Assembly (NCBI GenBank): GCA_965205865.1
Contig: CBDBHR010000028.1
Coordinates: 64,001-128,000, forward strand
Reading direction: 5' to 3'
DNA from: a bacterium
GTDB taxonomy: Bacteria > SAR324 > NAC60-12
DNA length: 64,000 nt
In this document: piece after piece, positions 1 through 10,021 of the stretch
How positions within the stretch are numbered: position 1 is the stretch's first letter
Layout of the letters: every line of letters begins with the position of its first letter
Made by a program: the position numbers and the translations under genes
The notes under the pieces: generated by a model
The model's database searches: none
Told to the model about the DNA's origin: nothing
Seen by the model: the letters and a program-made list of their open reading frames with translations, nothing else

Positions 1-146
1 CGCGGCGCAAAGCCTATAGCAAGTTTGGATCAGGAGAATTGCGCAACAAAGGAGGTCAGCTATGAAAAAATATTTAGCGGTCCATCTTCGGCATGAGCCA
101 AAAAGCGAATGTTCGCTCCACAATCCAGCGTTTTTTCCAACGGTGA
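1..146 (-). mobile_element. IS5-family transposase C-terminal relic
   Basis: Near-identical to 51524-51670, which reads ...[16 protein letters not shown], the IS5-type DDE C-terminus. Confidence 0.6.
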
Positions 147-911
147 TGAGATTTTCTGTTTCAATTTGACCATGCGGATATCTCTCTCGGCTTGGTTGTT
201 GTCAAAAGGAACTTGAAAGTCATGCATGAATAACAAGCTTTCCTTTTCATAGAGGATCAAACGATCGAGTAAATTTTTTGCTTTCGTCTGTTTGGGGCGT
301 CCTCGTTTCTTTTTTTGAGGTTTTGCAGGATAGAGCTCGAGTGCTTCTTGGCTGATGTCGACGTTTAAGCGTGGCCTCAACCGTCACCTTGGATAAATCT
401 TCTCCACAGGCTTCACAGGTGTTGACAATTCCACATGATCTGGCGATTCACTGAAAGCCAAATGATGGCCTTGATGACCGGGTTGACCTCCCACGATATA
501 GTTTAATCGATCGTGTGGGAACCCTCCGCGAGAGCGATCCCTGCATTTACGTAAGCTCCTGCTCTTGCGACTTGCATCGCTGGAAGGAGGCTTACTCGAG
601 TTTTGGCTGTTGAGAGCCAACTGATCCCGGAGTTGCTTATTTTCTGCTTCGAGAGCTTCAATACGCTTATTTTCTGTCTCGAGAACTTCAATACGTTTGA
701 GGACTTCTAAGCGCTCTTGCTTCCATTGCTCACGTTCTTTTTCAGAGAGTAGACAGGCTTCTTGAACTTGAAGAGCCTCGAGCTGGCGAGTCGATGAAAT
801 AGAATCAATATATTTTTGAACTTTCGAGAGCATAAAATCCTTTCTGTATTTTATGCTACGCAAAATCCGTGCTTAAATCGATGGGCCTTCTGAAGATATC
901 TGAATAGTTAC
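147..911 (-). mobile_element. IS66-family element, internally deleted, one end preserved
   Basis: [21 protein letters not shown] (IS66 core); NSQNSSKPPSSD...GGQPGHQG (IS66 N-terminus); terminus GTAACTATTCAG on the minus strand ending at 911. Confidence 0.85.
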
Positions 912-1040
912 CTTTGAAGATCGTTATCGCGACTGACGTCCCGTTCCCCAATTCTGATTGATCCCTGGTTGGGCGTATCAATGCCACTGATCAGGTTTAA
1001 AATCGTACTCTTTCCCGAGCCGCTTTTCTCCAGGATAACA
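912..1040 (-). pseudogene. ABC transporter ATP-binding protein fragment
   Basis: Walker [28 protein letters not shown], truncated at both ends. Confidence 0.6.
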
Positions 1041-1046
1041 AAAAAA

Positions 1047-1129
1047 GGGGGCTCAGGCCTTTGATTAAATGAAAAGGGGGCAAAAAAACTGGACTCATTC
1101 CTAATCAAATAATCAAAGGCCTGACCCCC
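1047..1129. repeat. Inverted repeat pair GGGGGCTCAGGCCTTTGATTA / TAATCAAAGGCCTGACCCCC
   Basis: ~20-bp imperfect inverted repeat read directly from the sequence. Confidence 0.75.
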
Positions 1130-1302
1130 TCTTCTTCGCCCTGGTAAATCGATTGGACGAGGCGAATTGCGTCCGTTAAACGAACTGGAAGTCAAATATG
1201 GGGATGCTTAGCGTAGGTTTTCGTTCCTTTGGGCTTCAAACCCCGTGTTCGCATGATAATAAAGAACTTGTTCAGACTTCCATTTTGTGGCAATGTTGAT
1301 AT

Positions 1303-1584
1303 ATGGAATTTGAATGGGATCCAGAAAAGGATCGTCAGAATTTTCGAAAACACGGAGTTTCATTTGCCGAGGCAGCAACTGTATTTGCCGATTCGTTATC
1401 CTTGTCATTTTATGACCCGGATCACTCGATTGAAGAAGATCGTTACTTGATAATAGGCATGTCAGCAAGGGGGCGTTTGGTTATTGTCTCCCATACTGAG
1501 CATAACGACAAAGTACGAATAATTAATGCTCGTACACCGATAAAATCAGAAAGAATAAGTTATGAAGAAGGTGACAAATTCTAA
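1303..1584 (+). CDS. BrnT-family toxin (DUF497)
   Basis: MEFEWDPEK..N..KHGVSFAEAATVF..EDRYLIIG..RIINAR signature. Confidence 0.9.
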   Translation: MEFEWDPEKDRQNFRKHGVSFAEAATVFADSLSLSFYDPDHSIEEDRYLIIGMSARGRLVIVSHTEHNDKVRIINARTPIKSERISYEEGDKF

Positions 1585-1771
1585 CGCAAGCGATGAAATG
1601 CGTCTGGAATACGACCTGTCCGAGCTCAAATTTGTTGGGCGCGGTATCTATGCGGATCGCTTTCGCCAAGGGCACAATCTTGTGTTTTTAGAGCCAGACG
1701 TTGCTAAAGTATTCCCGGACACCAAGTCCGTAAATGAAGCACTTCGCTCCCTGATACAAGGTACTGTTTAA
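1562..1771 (+). CDS. BrnA-like antitoxin
   Basis: Overlaps the toxin; DEMRLEYD...VFLEPDVAKVFPDTKSVNEALR. Confidence 0.8.
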   Translation: MKKVTNSNASDEMRLEYDLSELKFVGRGIYADRFRQGHNLVFLEPDVAKVFPDTKSVNEALRSLIQGTV

Positions 1772-1831
1772 TTCTTGGTAGCCGTATCTATTGTCCCATC
1801 GACATGCGAACAAGGAGAAAAGGGGACAAAT

Positions 1832-1954
1832 TTATTTTCTGTTTTTGGGTCGTCCTTATCCACGCCATTTCACTCTCAATCCTATTTTTTTCCCAACTTG
1901 ATCGACAAACCGTTCGCTCCCAGTCAACTGCTCTCGCTGAAGAGCCTGACGGAT
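1832..1954 (-). pseudogene. C-terminal relic of a RAYT-like (Y1/HUH) transposase
   Basis: Minus-strand IRQALQREQLTGSERFVDQVGKKIGLRVKWRG*GRPKNRK*, followed directly by AAATTTGTCCCC. Confidence 0.5.
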
Positions 1955-2138
1955 ACTCCTATTCTTGAAGATTTTTGTCGAACTCAGGTTATAAATAAGT
2001 CATCTATTTGGTCTTTTGCCTGAACCCAATCTTTTTGTTGATGAAGAATGGAGCTCCTAAACCCCGGGGATCGCTTTGTCTGCAATCCGGATTTTTCAAA
2101 CCAGAACAGAAGAAAAGCGGCTAAAAATTCAAGAAAAG

Positions 2139-3257
2139 TCAGCTTTTCCAGAAATCGGTGATCAATCGGTTGACCTCCGATGCGCTTTCCATCTGGATCA
2201 TGTGCCCCCCGTCTTCGAGGATATGGACATTTACAGAACCTGGGAGGTTTTGGGCATGGTCTGCCGGCAGGATGAGATCCTTTGCACCCCAAATCACCAA
2301 GGCGGAAATGTCCTTCTCTTCCAGAATAAATCGTAAATTAACAGCCTGGTTTGCTCCGTCGATGAAACGGTCCAGCAGTGTTTCCAGACAGGATTGCGTT
2401 CCGTCGATACGTTTGTACTTGAGGAGATCTTCGACCAACGGGCGGGTCACGAGTGAAGGATCCTTGAAGAGTTGCTGAACGTGTGGTTTGAGCTCCCGTC
2501 GACTCTTGCTGTAAGTGAATCCTTGCAAATATTCCGCGTTGATTTCCGTACCCAGTCCGGCGCTGCCGATCAGTGTGAGGGAGCGAACCAGTTCCGGGTA
2601 CGATTGCGCCAGTTGCAAGGCGATAGCCCCTCCCATGGAATGACCGACCCAATCCGCCTCACCAACATCGAGTTCCTGCATCAATTGTTGAAGAGTTTCC
2701 GCCATGAAAGTAAGACTGCCGTCTCCCACGTTTTTTGTGGAACTCCCGTGTCCTGGCAGGTCGACGGCAATAACCGTGTGATTTGCGGTCAGAGCGAGAT
2801 GATTGAAAAGCCAGTTGTTGAGATCCCCTCCGAATCCGTGCAGGAGGACTGCGATTTTCTCAGCAGATCCCTGGCGTAGGAAGTTGATTGTCAATTCCCC
2901 GACCCGTGCAGTTTCCGACTCGGGTCCACTGTCTTCCTCTTCTGTTTCTTCGGGGACGAAACTTTCCTGAAATTCTTGGATATAGGAGTCGATATCCCCG
3001 TCGGAAACATCTTCTTCAGCAATCACTCCCAGCAATGCTCCCACCGGAAGGACCTCTCCCGGAACTGCCACAGTACGTCGCAGCGTCCCCCAATCGGCTA
3101 CTTCCACGGCGCTTGTGATTTTGTCGGTTTCTACCTCCACTACCTCCATGCCGGCATCCACCGTGTCACCTTCTTCGATAAGCCAATCACCTACCTGTCC
3201 TTCTTTCATGGAAAGGCCCCACTTCGGCATTGTGATCGGTTTAATTTTAATTTCCAT
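2139..3257 (-). CDS. acoC: Acetoin dehydrogenase E2 (lipoyl domain + alpha/beta hydrolase)
   Basis: MPKWGLSM, ETDKI lipoyl lysine, HGFGGD, GHSMGG. Confidence 0.9.
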   Translation of the reverse strand: MEIKIKPITMPKWGLSMKEGQVGDWLIEEGDTVDAGMEVVEVETDKITSAVEVADWGTLRRTVAVPGEVLPVGALLGVIAEEDVSDGDIDSYIQEFQESFVPEETEEEDSGPESETARVGELTINFLRQGSAEKIAVLLHGFGGDLNNWLFNHLALTANHTVIAVDLPGHGSSTKNVGDGSLTFMAETLQQLMQELDVGEADWVGHSMGGAIALQLAQSYPELVRSLTLIGSAGLGTEINAEYLQGFTYSKSRRELKPHVQQLFKDPSLVTRPLVEDLLKYKRIDGTQSCLETLLDRFIDGANQAVNLRFILEEKDISALVIWGAKDLILPADHAQNLPGSVNVHILEDGGHMIQMESASEVNRLITDFWKS

Positions 3258-3265
3258 TGAGTTTC

Positions 3266-4273
3266 CTAGTTGCTTAAGGTTTTCTGAACGGAAGCGATGA
3301 TCTTATCCGTGGAAGGGATGTAATGCTTCTCGAGATCCGGCGAAAACGGGACGGGAGTATGAGGAGCGGTTACCATCCCGATTGGCGCTTTGAGGGCTTG
3401 GAACGCGTCCCGTGCCACGGCGGCAGATACATCGGAGGCTATACTGCATCGTGGATTCGCCTCATCGACAACCACTAATCTTCCGGTATTCTCCACACTT
3501 TCAATAACGGTATCCATGTCTATGGGAGACAAAGTCCTCAGGTCTATCACCTCACATTCGATCCCCTCTTGCGCCAATTGGTTTGCCGCTTCCGTAGCTC
3601 GATGAACCATCATTCCGTAAGCAGCAATGGAGACGTCTTCTCCTTCTCGCAGAATGTTCGCCTCAGCAAACGGGATCGTATAGAGCTCTTCGGGAACGTC
3701 TCCTTGATATTCATAAATTTTCTTGTGCTCGCAATAGATGACCGGATCGTTGTCTCGAATTGCTTGAACCATCAGACCTTTAGCATCATAGGGAGACGAA
3801 GGACAAACCACTTTGATGCCGGGGATGTGAGTGAAAATGGGAGTGAGCGTTTGTGAGTGTTGCGATGCGGCAGATAAACCTGCGCCATACATGGTACGGA
3901 TAACCACCGGGGTTTCCGCTTTTCCGCCAAACATATAGCGAAATTTTGCCGCTTGATTGTAGATTTGGTCGAAGCACACCCCCAGGAAATCAATGAACAT
4001 TAGTTCAGCAACCGGGCGCATCCCACAGGTGGCTGCTCCAATAGCTGCTCCAATGAATGCCGACTCGGAAAGAGGAGTGTCCAACAAACGGTTTCCGTAC
4101 TTGCGATAGAGCCCCTTGTAGACTCCCATAGCGCCTCCCCAAGCATCATCTTCCCCAGGACTGCCGGTTCCGCCCACGATGTCTTCCCCCATCAAAATCA
4201 CGGAGGAATCTCGGGCCATTTCTTGGTCAAAGGCTTCGGTGATTGCTGCTTTAATTGTTAGTTGACGTGCCAT
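3266..4273 (-). CDS. acoB: Acetoin dehydrogenase E1 beta subunit
   Basis: GEDDAWGG, DTPLSESAFIG, NQAAKFRYMFGGK. Confidence 0.9.
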   Translation of the reverse strand: MARQLTIKAAITEAFDQEMARDSSVILMGEDIVGGTGSPGEDDAWGGAMGVYKGLYRKYGNRLLDTPLSESAFIGAAIGAATCGMRPVAELMFIDFLGVCFDQIYNQAAKFRYMFGGKAETPVVIRTMYGAGLSAASQHSQTLTPIFTHIPGIKVVCPSSPYDAKGLMVQAIRDNDPVIYCEHKKIYEYQGDVPEELYTIPFAEANILREGEDVSIAAYGMMVHRATEAANQLAQEGIECEVIDLRTLSPIDMDTVIESVENTGRLVVVDEANPRCSIASDVSAAVARDAFQALKAPIGMVTAPHTPVPFSPDLEKHYIPSTDKIIASVQKTLSN

Positions 4274-4286
4274 ATTTTCCTCGCTT

Positions 4287-5270
4287 TCAATAATTTATGT
4301 AAACATCGGTGAGTAAATCCGCTTCCATAGGACTGGGAGCGACTAGGGCCTCTGCAAACGCCTCATCGATCAGGGTTGAGACCTCTTGATCAATTTCTTC
4401 CAAGTCGTCTTGTGTCAAGACACTGGACTGCGTCACTTGCTGAGAGAATTTTTTCAAACAATCTCGATTGGCTCGGATTTCGTCCACTTCTCCTTTTCCC
4501 CGATAAGTTTGGGCGTCTCCTTCAAAATGCCCATAGAAGCGGATCATGTTGCATTCCAGCAGACTGGGACCTCCTCCCTCTCGGGCGCGATTGATGATCT
4601 CTCCGGCAGCTTCGTAAACTGCGAAAAAATCGGTTCCGTCTACTGTGACGCCCGGCATGCCGAATCCTAAAGCACGGTCTACGTAACTATCGACCGCCAC
4701 TGCATAATCCCGGGAAGTAGACTGGGCATAACCATTGTTTTCTACCACAAAGATGGCCGGAATATCCCAGACTGCAGCCAGGTTCAGGCTTTCCAGAAAA
4801 TTTCCTGCATTGGAAGCGCCGTCCCCAATGAAACTGACGGCAACGCTTCCATCATTCTTGTACTTGGACGCCAAAGCAGCGCCGCACGCCAAGGGGGCCC
4901 CTGCGCCAAGGATGCCATTGGCTCCCATCATTCCCTTGTCCAAATCGGCAATGTGCATGGAGCCTCCTTTGCCATGACAAGTGCCACTGGACTTGCCATA
5001 GAGTTCTGCCACCATACCTTTTACATCGACACCTTTGGCAATACAGTGACCATGCCCCCGGTGAGTGCTTGAAATATGGTCGTCATTGTGGAGGTGCAAC
5101 ATGATTCCCGTCCCGGCTGCCTCTTCGCCGGCATAGAGATGCACAAATCCGGGAAGGACGCCTTTGGCAAACTCCACATGTACGCGTTCTTCAAATTCCC
5201 GAATTGTTTTCATGGTCCGGTATGCCCGGAGTAGCTCGTCCTGACTGATGGGAAAAAGATTTTCTGTCAT
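4287..5270 (-). CDS. acoA: Acetoin dehydrogenase E1 alpha subunit (TPP)
   Basis: PGFVHLYAGEEA, STHRGHGHCIAKG, GDGASN, RFYGHFEGD. Confidence 0.9.
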   Translation of the reverse strand: MTENLFPISQDELLRAYRTMKTIREFEERVHVEFAKGVLPGFVHLYAGEEAAGTGIMLHLHNDDHISSTHRGHGHCIAKGVDVKGMVAELYGKSSGTCHGKGGSMHIADLDKGMMGANGILGAGAPLACGAALASKYKNDGSVAVSFIGDGASNAGNFLESLNLAAVWDIPAIFVVENNGYAQSTSRDYAVAVDSYVDRALGFGMPGVTVDGTDFFAVYEAAGEIINRAREGGGPSLLECNMIRFYGHFEGDAQTYRGKGEVDEIRANRDCLKKFSQQVTQSSVLTQDDLEEIDQEVSTLIDEAFAEALVAPSPMEADLLTDVYINY

Positions 5271-5302
5271 TGGTCCTCCTTTCGTTTTTTTAAGGTTGAC
5301 AA

Positions 5303-5479
5303 CTAAACACGAATCCGTTGCTCGGTTGTCGAATCAAACAAAAAAAATTTATTTAAGTTAATACGGACGTTCACATTTTTATTGATTTCACCAACGAAAT
5401 CCTTGTCCGCACGTATCGAAAAAATATTATCATCATCCAAATCACTGTCAAATTTTTTTTGCTTCCTGATTTTATTCAC
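5303..5479 (-). pseudogene. Collapsed MalK-like ABC ATPase (start fused to TOBE-like C-terminus)
   Basis: GTG start overlaps the permease stop; the 58-aa ORF ends ...VNVRINLNKFFLFDSTTEQRIRV like MalK C-termini; no Walker motifs. Confidence 0.55.
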
Positions 5480-6306
5480 CGATCTGCGCCAAAGGTGAGA
5501 CCTTTGAGCAAATGCTTTTGGGCAAAACCCACGAAAGCAAGCGCAGGAATTATGAGCGTGACAGCGGCAGCCGTGATTTTTCCGTATTGCACTTCGTGAT
5601 AAAGAAGAAAATCCGTTATTTCCGCAGGTGCCGTTTGCGTTTTTGCCCCCGTCAGCGTCGTTGCAAACATCAGTTCGTTCCATGAAAATAAAAAGCCAAT
5701 GATACCCACGGCAATGACTCCGTTGGTGACTAAAGGTAAAGTAATGCGAAAAAATGCTCCAAACGAAGTACATCCGTCTATATGGGCCGCTTCCTCGAGT
5801 TCCGGAGGAATATGCTTGAAAAATCCAATCAGCAACCAGGTGATGATTGGCAAATTCATTCCCAGGTGAGCAATGATTAAGGCAGGGTAGGTATCTATTG
5901 CGCCTAAATTGCGAAACATCATATAAAATGGGATGAGCATGCCAACTGGTGGTGCCATACGGGTGATTAGAATCCATATCCCCAGGGATCGCTGAAAGCG
6001 AAACCTGAATCGCGCCAATCCATAGGCTGCAGGAATGCCCACCACCAAGCATAAAGCAGTTGAGACAATTCCTATTAAAATACTGTTCCCCAACGATCCA
6101 ATATGTCCTTCGCTCTTGAATACCTCTACGTAATTTTCAAAGGTGGGTATGAAGATAAACTTGGGCGGGATAGTTAACGAGTCGGGTGTCGTCTTAAGAG
6201 ACGAAAGAATCAGCCAAATAATCGGCAGCATAAGAAAGGCAATAAAAATAAAGAGTAGACCCTCTAAAATATAGTCGATTGCTACGTCTTTTCTAAGGAC
6301 GTTCAT
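5476..6306 (-). CDS. Carbohydrate ABC transporter permease (MalG-like)
   Basis: IPPELEEAAHIDG EAA loop, FLFSWNE. Confidence 0.9.
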   Translation of the reverse strand: MNVLRKDVAIDYILEGLLFIFIAFLMLPIIWLILSSLKTTPDSLTIPPKFIFIPTFENYVEVFKSEGHIGSLGNSILIGIVSTALCLVVGIPAAYGLARFRFRFQRSLGIWILITRMAPPVGMLIPFYMMFRNLGAIDTYPALIIAHLGMNLPIITWLLIGFFKHIPPELEEAAHIDGCTSFGAFFRITLPLVTNGVIAVGIIGFLFSWNELMFATTLTGAKTQTAPAEITDFLLYHEVQYGKITAAAVTLIIPALAFVGFAQKHLLKGLTFGADR

Positions 6307-7243
6307 CGATACCTCCAACCTTGATAAAGGTTATTGAGAGCAATATGATCATCAATAGCAGAGTTATACTCAAAGCGGAAGCATAGCCCACATCAAGATA
6401 ACGAAATGCGGTCTGATAAATATAAAAATTAAATGTTTCCGTATGCCGCAACGGCCCCCCTTGTGTCATGGCATAAACGATATCAAACAATTTGAAGGAA
6501 TCGATCACTCGAATCAGCAGGGCGATCAGAATGATTGGTTTGAGCAAGGGGATCGTAATAAACCAAAAGGATTGCCATGCGGAGGCGCCATCTATCTTTG
6601 CCGCATCGAATGGTTCTTGTGGTAAAGACATCAAGCCAGATAAAAAAATCAGCGCCATAAAGGGGATCCACTGCCAGACATCAACGATGATGAGAGAAGG
6701 CATGGCCCAATAAATGTCTGCAGTCCATTCCGGCCCTTCTATCCCGATCAAGGAAAGGAGGTAATTCATAATTCCCATGTCGGGCGTATAGATCACGCGC
6801 CACATGTAAGCCACAGCGATGGGCGTCATGATAATGGGTAGCATCATCAGCGTACGATAAACACCGCGACCTCCCGTATTTTTTCGATTCAAAAGCAAAG
6901 CGAGGATCATACCAAGTAGTAACTCCAAACTGACGGCCCCTACAGAAAAATAGAGCGTATTCCATACCGAGTTCCAAAAAAATTCGTCTCCAAGAATGAT
7001 TTTTACATAATTGGCTATTCCAATAAATTTGGTACCAAAAGGATCCATCAGACTGAATTTATAGAAACTTCTGTAAAGATTATAGACTAAGGGAAAAAGC
7101 GAAATTAAAACCAGCAGGATGGTGATGGGCGCAATATAGTAATAGGGTAGAAGTTGCTTGTGCAATCGGTAATTTGAAAATCGCAAATCAGATTCTGCTG
7201 CAGTCGATTGTCGCGATGGCTTGAAACGGAGGGTCTTAATCAT
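6293..7243 (-). CDS. Carbohydrate ABC transporter permease (MalF/UgpA-like)
   Basis: DVWQWIPF, FDAAKIDGAS, TQGGP. Confidence 0.9.
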   Translation of the reverse strand: MIKTLRFKPSRQSTAAESDLRFSNYRLHKQLLPYYYIAPITILLVLISLFPLVYNLYRSFYKFSLMDPFGTKFIGIANYVKIILGDEFFWNSVWNTLYFSVGAVSLELLLGMILALLLNRKNTGGRGVYRTLMMLPIIMTPIAVAYMWRVIYTPDMGIMNYLLSLIGIEGPEWTADIYWAMPSLIIVDVWQWIPFMALIFLSGLMSLPQEPFDAAKIDGASAWQSFWFITIPLLKPIILIALLIRVIDSFKLFDIVYAMTQGGPLRHTETFNFYIYQTAFRYLDVGYASALSITLLLMIILLSITFIKVGGIDERP

Positions 7244-7413
7244 AAAACTTCGCGGGTTCGGCCGATTGGGACTTTAACATGTGATCTTTCATCTGAGAAT
7301 GAAAGGAAGCAAAGTCAATGAATGCCTGGTTCCCTTCAAATTGAGCAAAGGTGGGAAGCCATTGGAAAAACTTCCCACCTTAGTTTAGACTGGTTTATCC
7401 GGGCAGCCTTCAA

Positions 7414-8775
7414 TTATTTATCAAGAGCCTCCAAAGTTTGCTCTTGAGCCCGCATCATCGCTTCCTCAGCAGTATACTTTCCAGCAAAAACTTCCTGTAG
7501 GGCGACCATGACAATGTCTCCCACCGGGCCAATTTCAGGGACTTTGGGGTAGGAGTTGGTGGCCGAGTATTTTTCAAGCCCCACGGCATTCGTCTCGATA
7601 TAATCCGCAGGCCACATCTCGGCAAGAGCCGGGTCCGCCCAACTAGACGTTCGGGCGATCCAACCGGACGGTCCAGTCTTCTTGCTCATCTCTTTGGAGG
7701 TGGCCCAGAGACATAAAAGCCATGCGGCTTCCTTTTTCTTGGACCCCGAGGCGATTCCCCAAGACCAGGAGGTGATGCCGCTGACCGCCCGATTTCCATT
7801 CGGCGCTGCCGGCATAAGGGCATATCCCACTTTTCCAGCAACTTTCGATTTTTCAGGATCTTCGAAAATCCCGATGAAGGCATTGGCATCGATAAAAATA
7901 GCCAATTTCCCCTGGGCAAAGGCCTGATACCCTTCGAACCAACCATAGTTCATGGCACCGGTTGGGCCGGCGTCTTTCATCAACTTGACGAACATATCCG
8001 TCGCGGCGATGGCTTCGGGGGAATCGAGATGGGGCATCCCGGTCATGGGGTCCACCCACACGCCGCCATAGGTTGCGATCCACGCGCTGTAATGCCAGTC
8101 GGACTCATTGCGCTTGATACGCACCGAAACACCGCCATCCACTTCAGGAAGCGCTTTGAGCTTTTTTGCCACTTCATAAAGCTCTTCCTGAGTATCGGGA
8201 ACCATAACGCCGGCCTTTTCGAAAAGATCCTTGCGATAAAACATGGTCATTTGCTCGGTTACGATCGGCAAGGCGTACAAAACGCCCTTGTAGGTCTGCA
8301 TGAACTTGGCACCGGCAGCATAGTCGTCGATGTCGTACCATTCCTCATTGTACAATTCAGGGTTCTCCATATAGGAATTCAGTCCCTCGATCCATCCTCC
8401 CGTCGCATATTGGGCAATCCGATTGTGGAGGGCCATGAATACATCCGTATTTGGATTTCCGGACGACAGATCCAACAGCAATTTATTCAAGTACTGTTGT
8501 TCAGAACTTTCTTCGAGTTCTAATGTAATCCCGGTCAGTTCTTCGAATTCCGGGAGGAAGGGCTTGAGACTATCCATATAGGGATGGGTGGGGACAAAAA
8601 CTTTGATCGTTTCACCCTCATGCATTCTCCAATCTATATTTGCATCTTCTAAGTCTGCTTGAACCGAGGACACAAGAGACAAAAATAAAATACTTGGAAC
8701 GATAAACAAGAGAGTTTTCATCAAAATTTGATGAATCCTATTACCTGCGCCTTTATTTAATTTGATCTTTAACAT
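7414..8775 (-). CDS. Carbohydrate ABC transporter substrate-binding protein
   Basis: Signal-like N-terminus, LYALP, FYRKDLFEKAG, SKVAGKVGYA. Confidence 0.9.
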   Translation of the reverse strand: MLKIKLNKGAGNRIHQILMKTLLFIVPSILFLSLVSSVQADLEDANIDWRMHEGETIKVFVPTHPYMDSLKPFLPEFEELTGITLELEESSEQQYLNKLLLDLSSGNPNTDVFMALHNRIAQYATGGWIEGLNSYMENPELYNEEWYDIDDYAAGAKFMQTYKGVLYALPIVTEQMTMFYRKDLFEKAGVMVPDTQEELYEVAKKLKALPEVDGGVSVRIKRNESDWHYSAWIATYGGVWVDPMTGMPHLDSPEAIAATDMFVKLMKDAGPTGAMNYGWFEGYQAFAQGKLAIFIDANAFIGIFEDPEKSKVAGKVGYALMPAAPNGNRAVSGITSWSWGIASGSKKKEAAWLLCLWATSKEMSKKTGPSGWIARTSSWADPALAEMWPADYIETNAVGLEKYSATNSYPKVPEIGPVGDIVMVALQEVFAGKYTAEEAMMRAQEQTLEALDK

Positions 8776-8976
8776 TTTCTACTCCTAAAAATAGAGTTAA
8801 TTGACATTTCACGCCTGGAGGCGAGAAACGATTGCAGCAACATTGCTGTGGTGGCAAAACTGACGACTCAGTAAGCCCTTTCATTCCAAACAAGCGACCC
8901 AAAAGTGAAACATATGCCGACAATTGCGACAACTGTTTGGAATACGAAGAAAAAATATCAGCGTCCCGAGTCGAAA

Positions 8977-10021
8977 TCAAGAACAAAAATGATGATTTTT
9001 TGCTGCGTAGCGCATACAAGCACTCACATTGATGGTGTTAAACGCATTCGAGAACAGTGTCACTTCGGCGTGGTCTTTTGAGCTAAAGTCGATTTCTCGT
9101 TCCCCATCCAAAGCAATAATGCCTGATTCCAAGCTGAGTGGAATGGTTTCTTGAACCGAAAAAAGGTGAAAATCAAGCACCCCGACGGGTGTGATTAATC
9201 CCGGAGCAATTGGAACCCGAATGGTGTTTTTTGCAATCGCCGGTGGTTGTAATCGAACATGCAATCCGAATGGTTCATGCCTGCCTATGGGTCTTAAGAG
9301 TCCTGCAATCGCGGAGAGGCCGATTGCTTCCGGATCGGCATAGGTCACGAACAGTTCTCGAAAATTTTCACTCCGCCAGAGCGCCCGGGCTCCTATATAC
9401 CGCTCCGTGGTAACGGAAGCATCGACTATGGCGATATCCGATCGATTGCTTCCATTGATTTCCACCTTCAGCATTTTATTTTTCACCAGGGCAACTTCCA
9501 AGGGAATTTGTCCGGTCACGGTCAGTCCCACTGCCAGTCCCGTGATAGTCGGTTCCCGCTGCTCGGGAAAAGCATTGTTGGTACCAGTGGAAATACCGGC
9601 TATGCAGATCGGTCCGCAGTGCTTGACCACGGCTCGATGCGTCCCGTCGCCACCCAGAACGATGATGGCATCCACTCCCTCTTGCACCATGGACCGGGTC
9701 GAAGCGATGGTGTCCTCCACATTTCCAGTGACCGGCGTATCCGTGAATTTCAGGGAAGGAAAGGTGGCATTGCCCAATTTTTTTTCACGTGCCAGACTTC
9801 GCGTCAGTGCTCTGCGAATTCCCCCATTCTCCGGCATCATGAGGACTCTGGGAACCCCACACGCTCCCAATGCTGCCATCACTCGCAGTACCACGTTTGC
9901 CCGGTCCACGATCGGCATGCTCGCGGCATTGGCAATCACCCGTCGAATATCCCTCGCGGCGATCGGATTGGCAATCAGACCAACAGTTACATTTTCTGAA
10001 ACGATGATTGGAGGAATCAGT
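8977..10021 (-). CDS. acoX: AcoX / ATP-NAD kinase-like protein (start uncertain)
   Basis: VGLIANPIAARDIRRVIANA, LGGDGTHR, ISTGTNNAFP, ALDGEREI; the frame is open upstream of the called GTG. Confidence 0.8.

Noticed and set aside
2139-3257. Novel lipoyl-hydrolase fusion
   Set aside because: This architecture is the known Pseudomonas/Cupriavidus-type AcoC.
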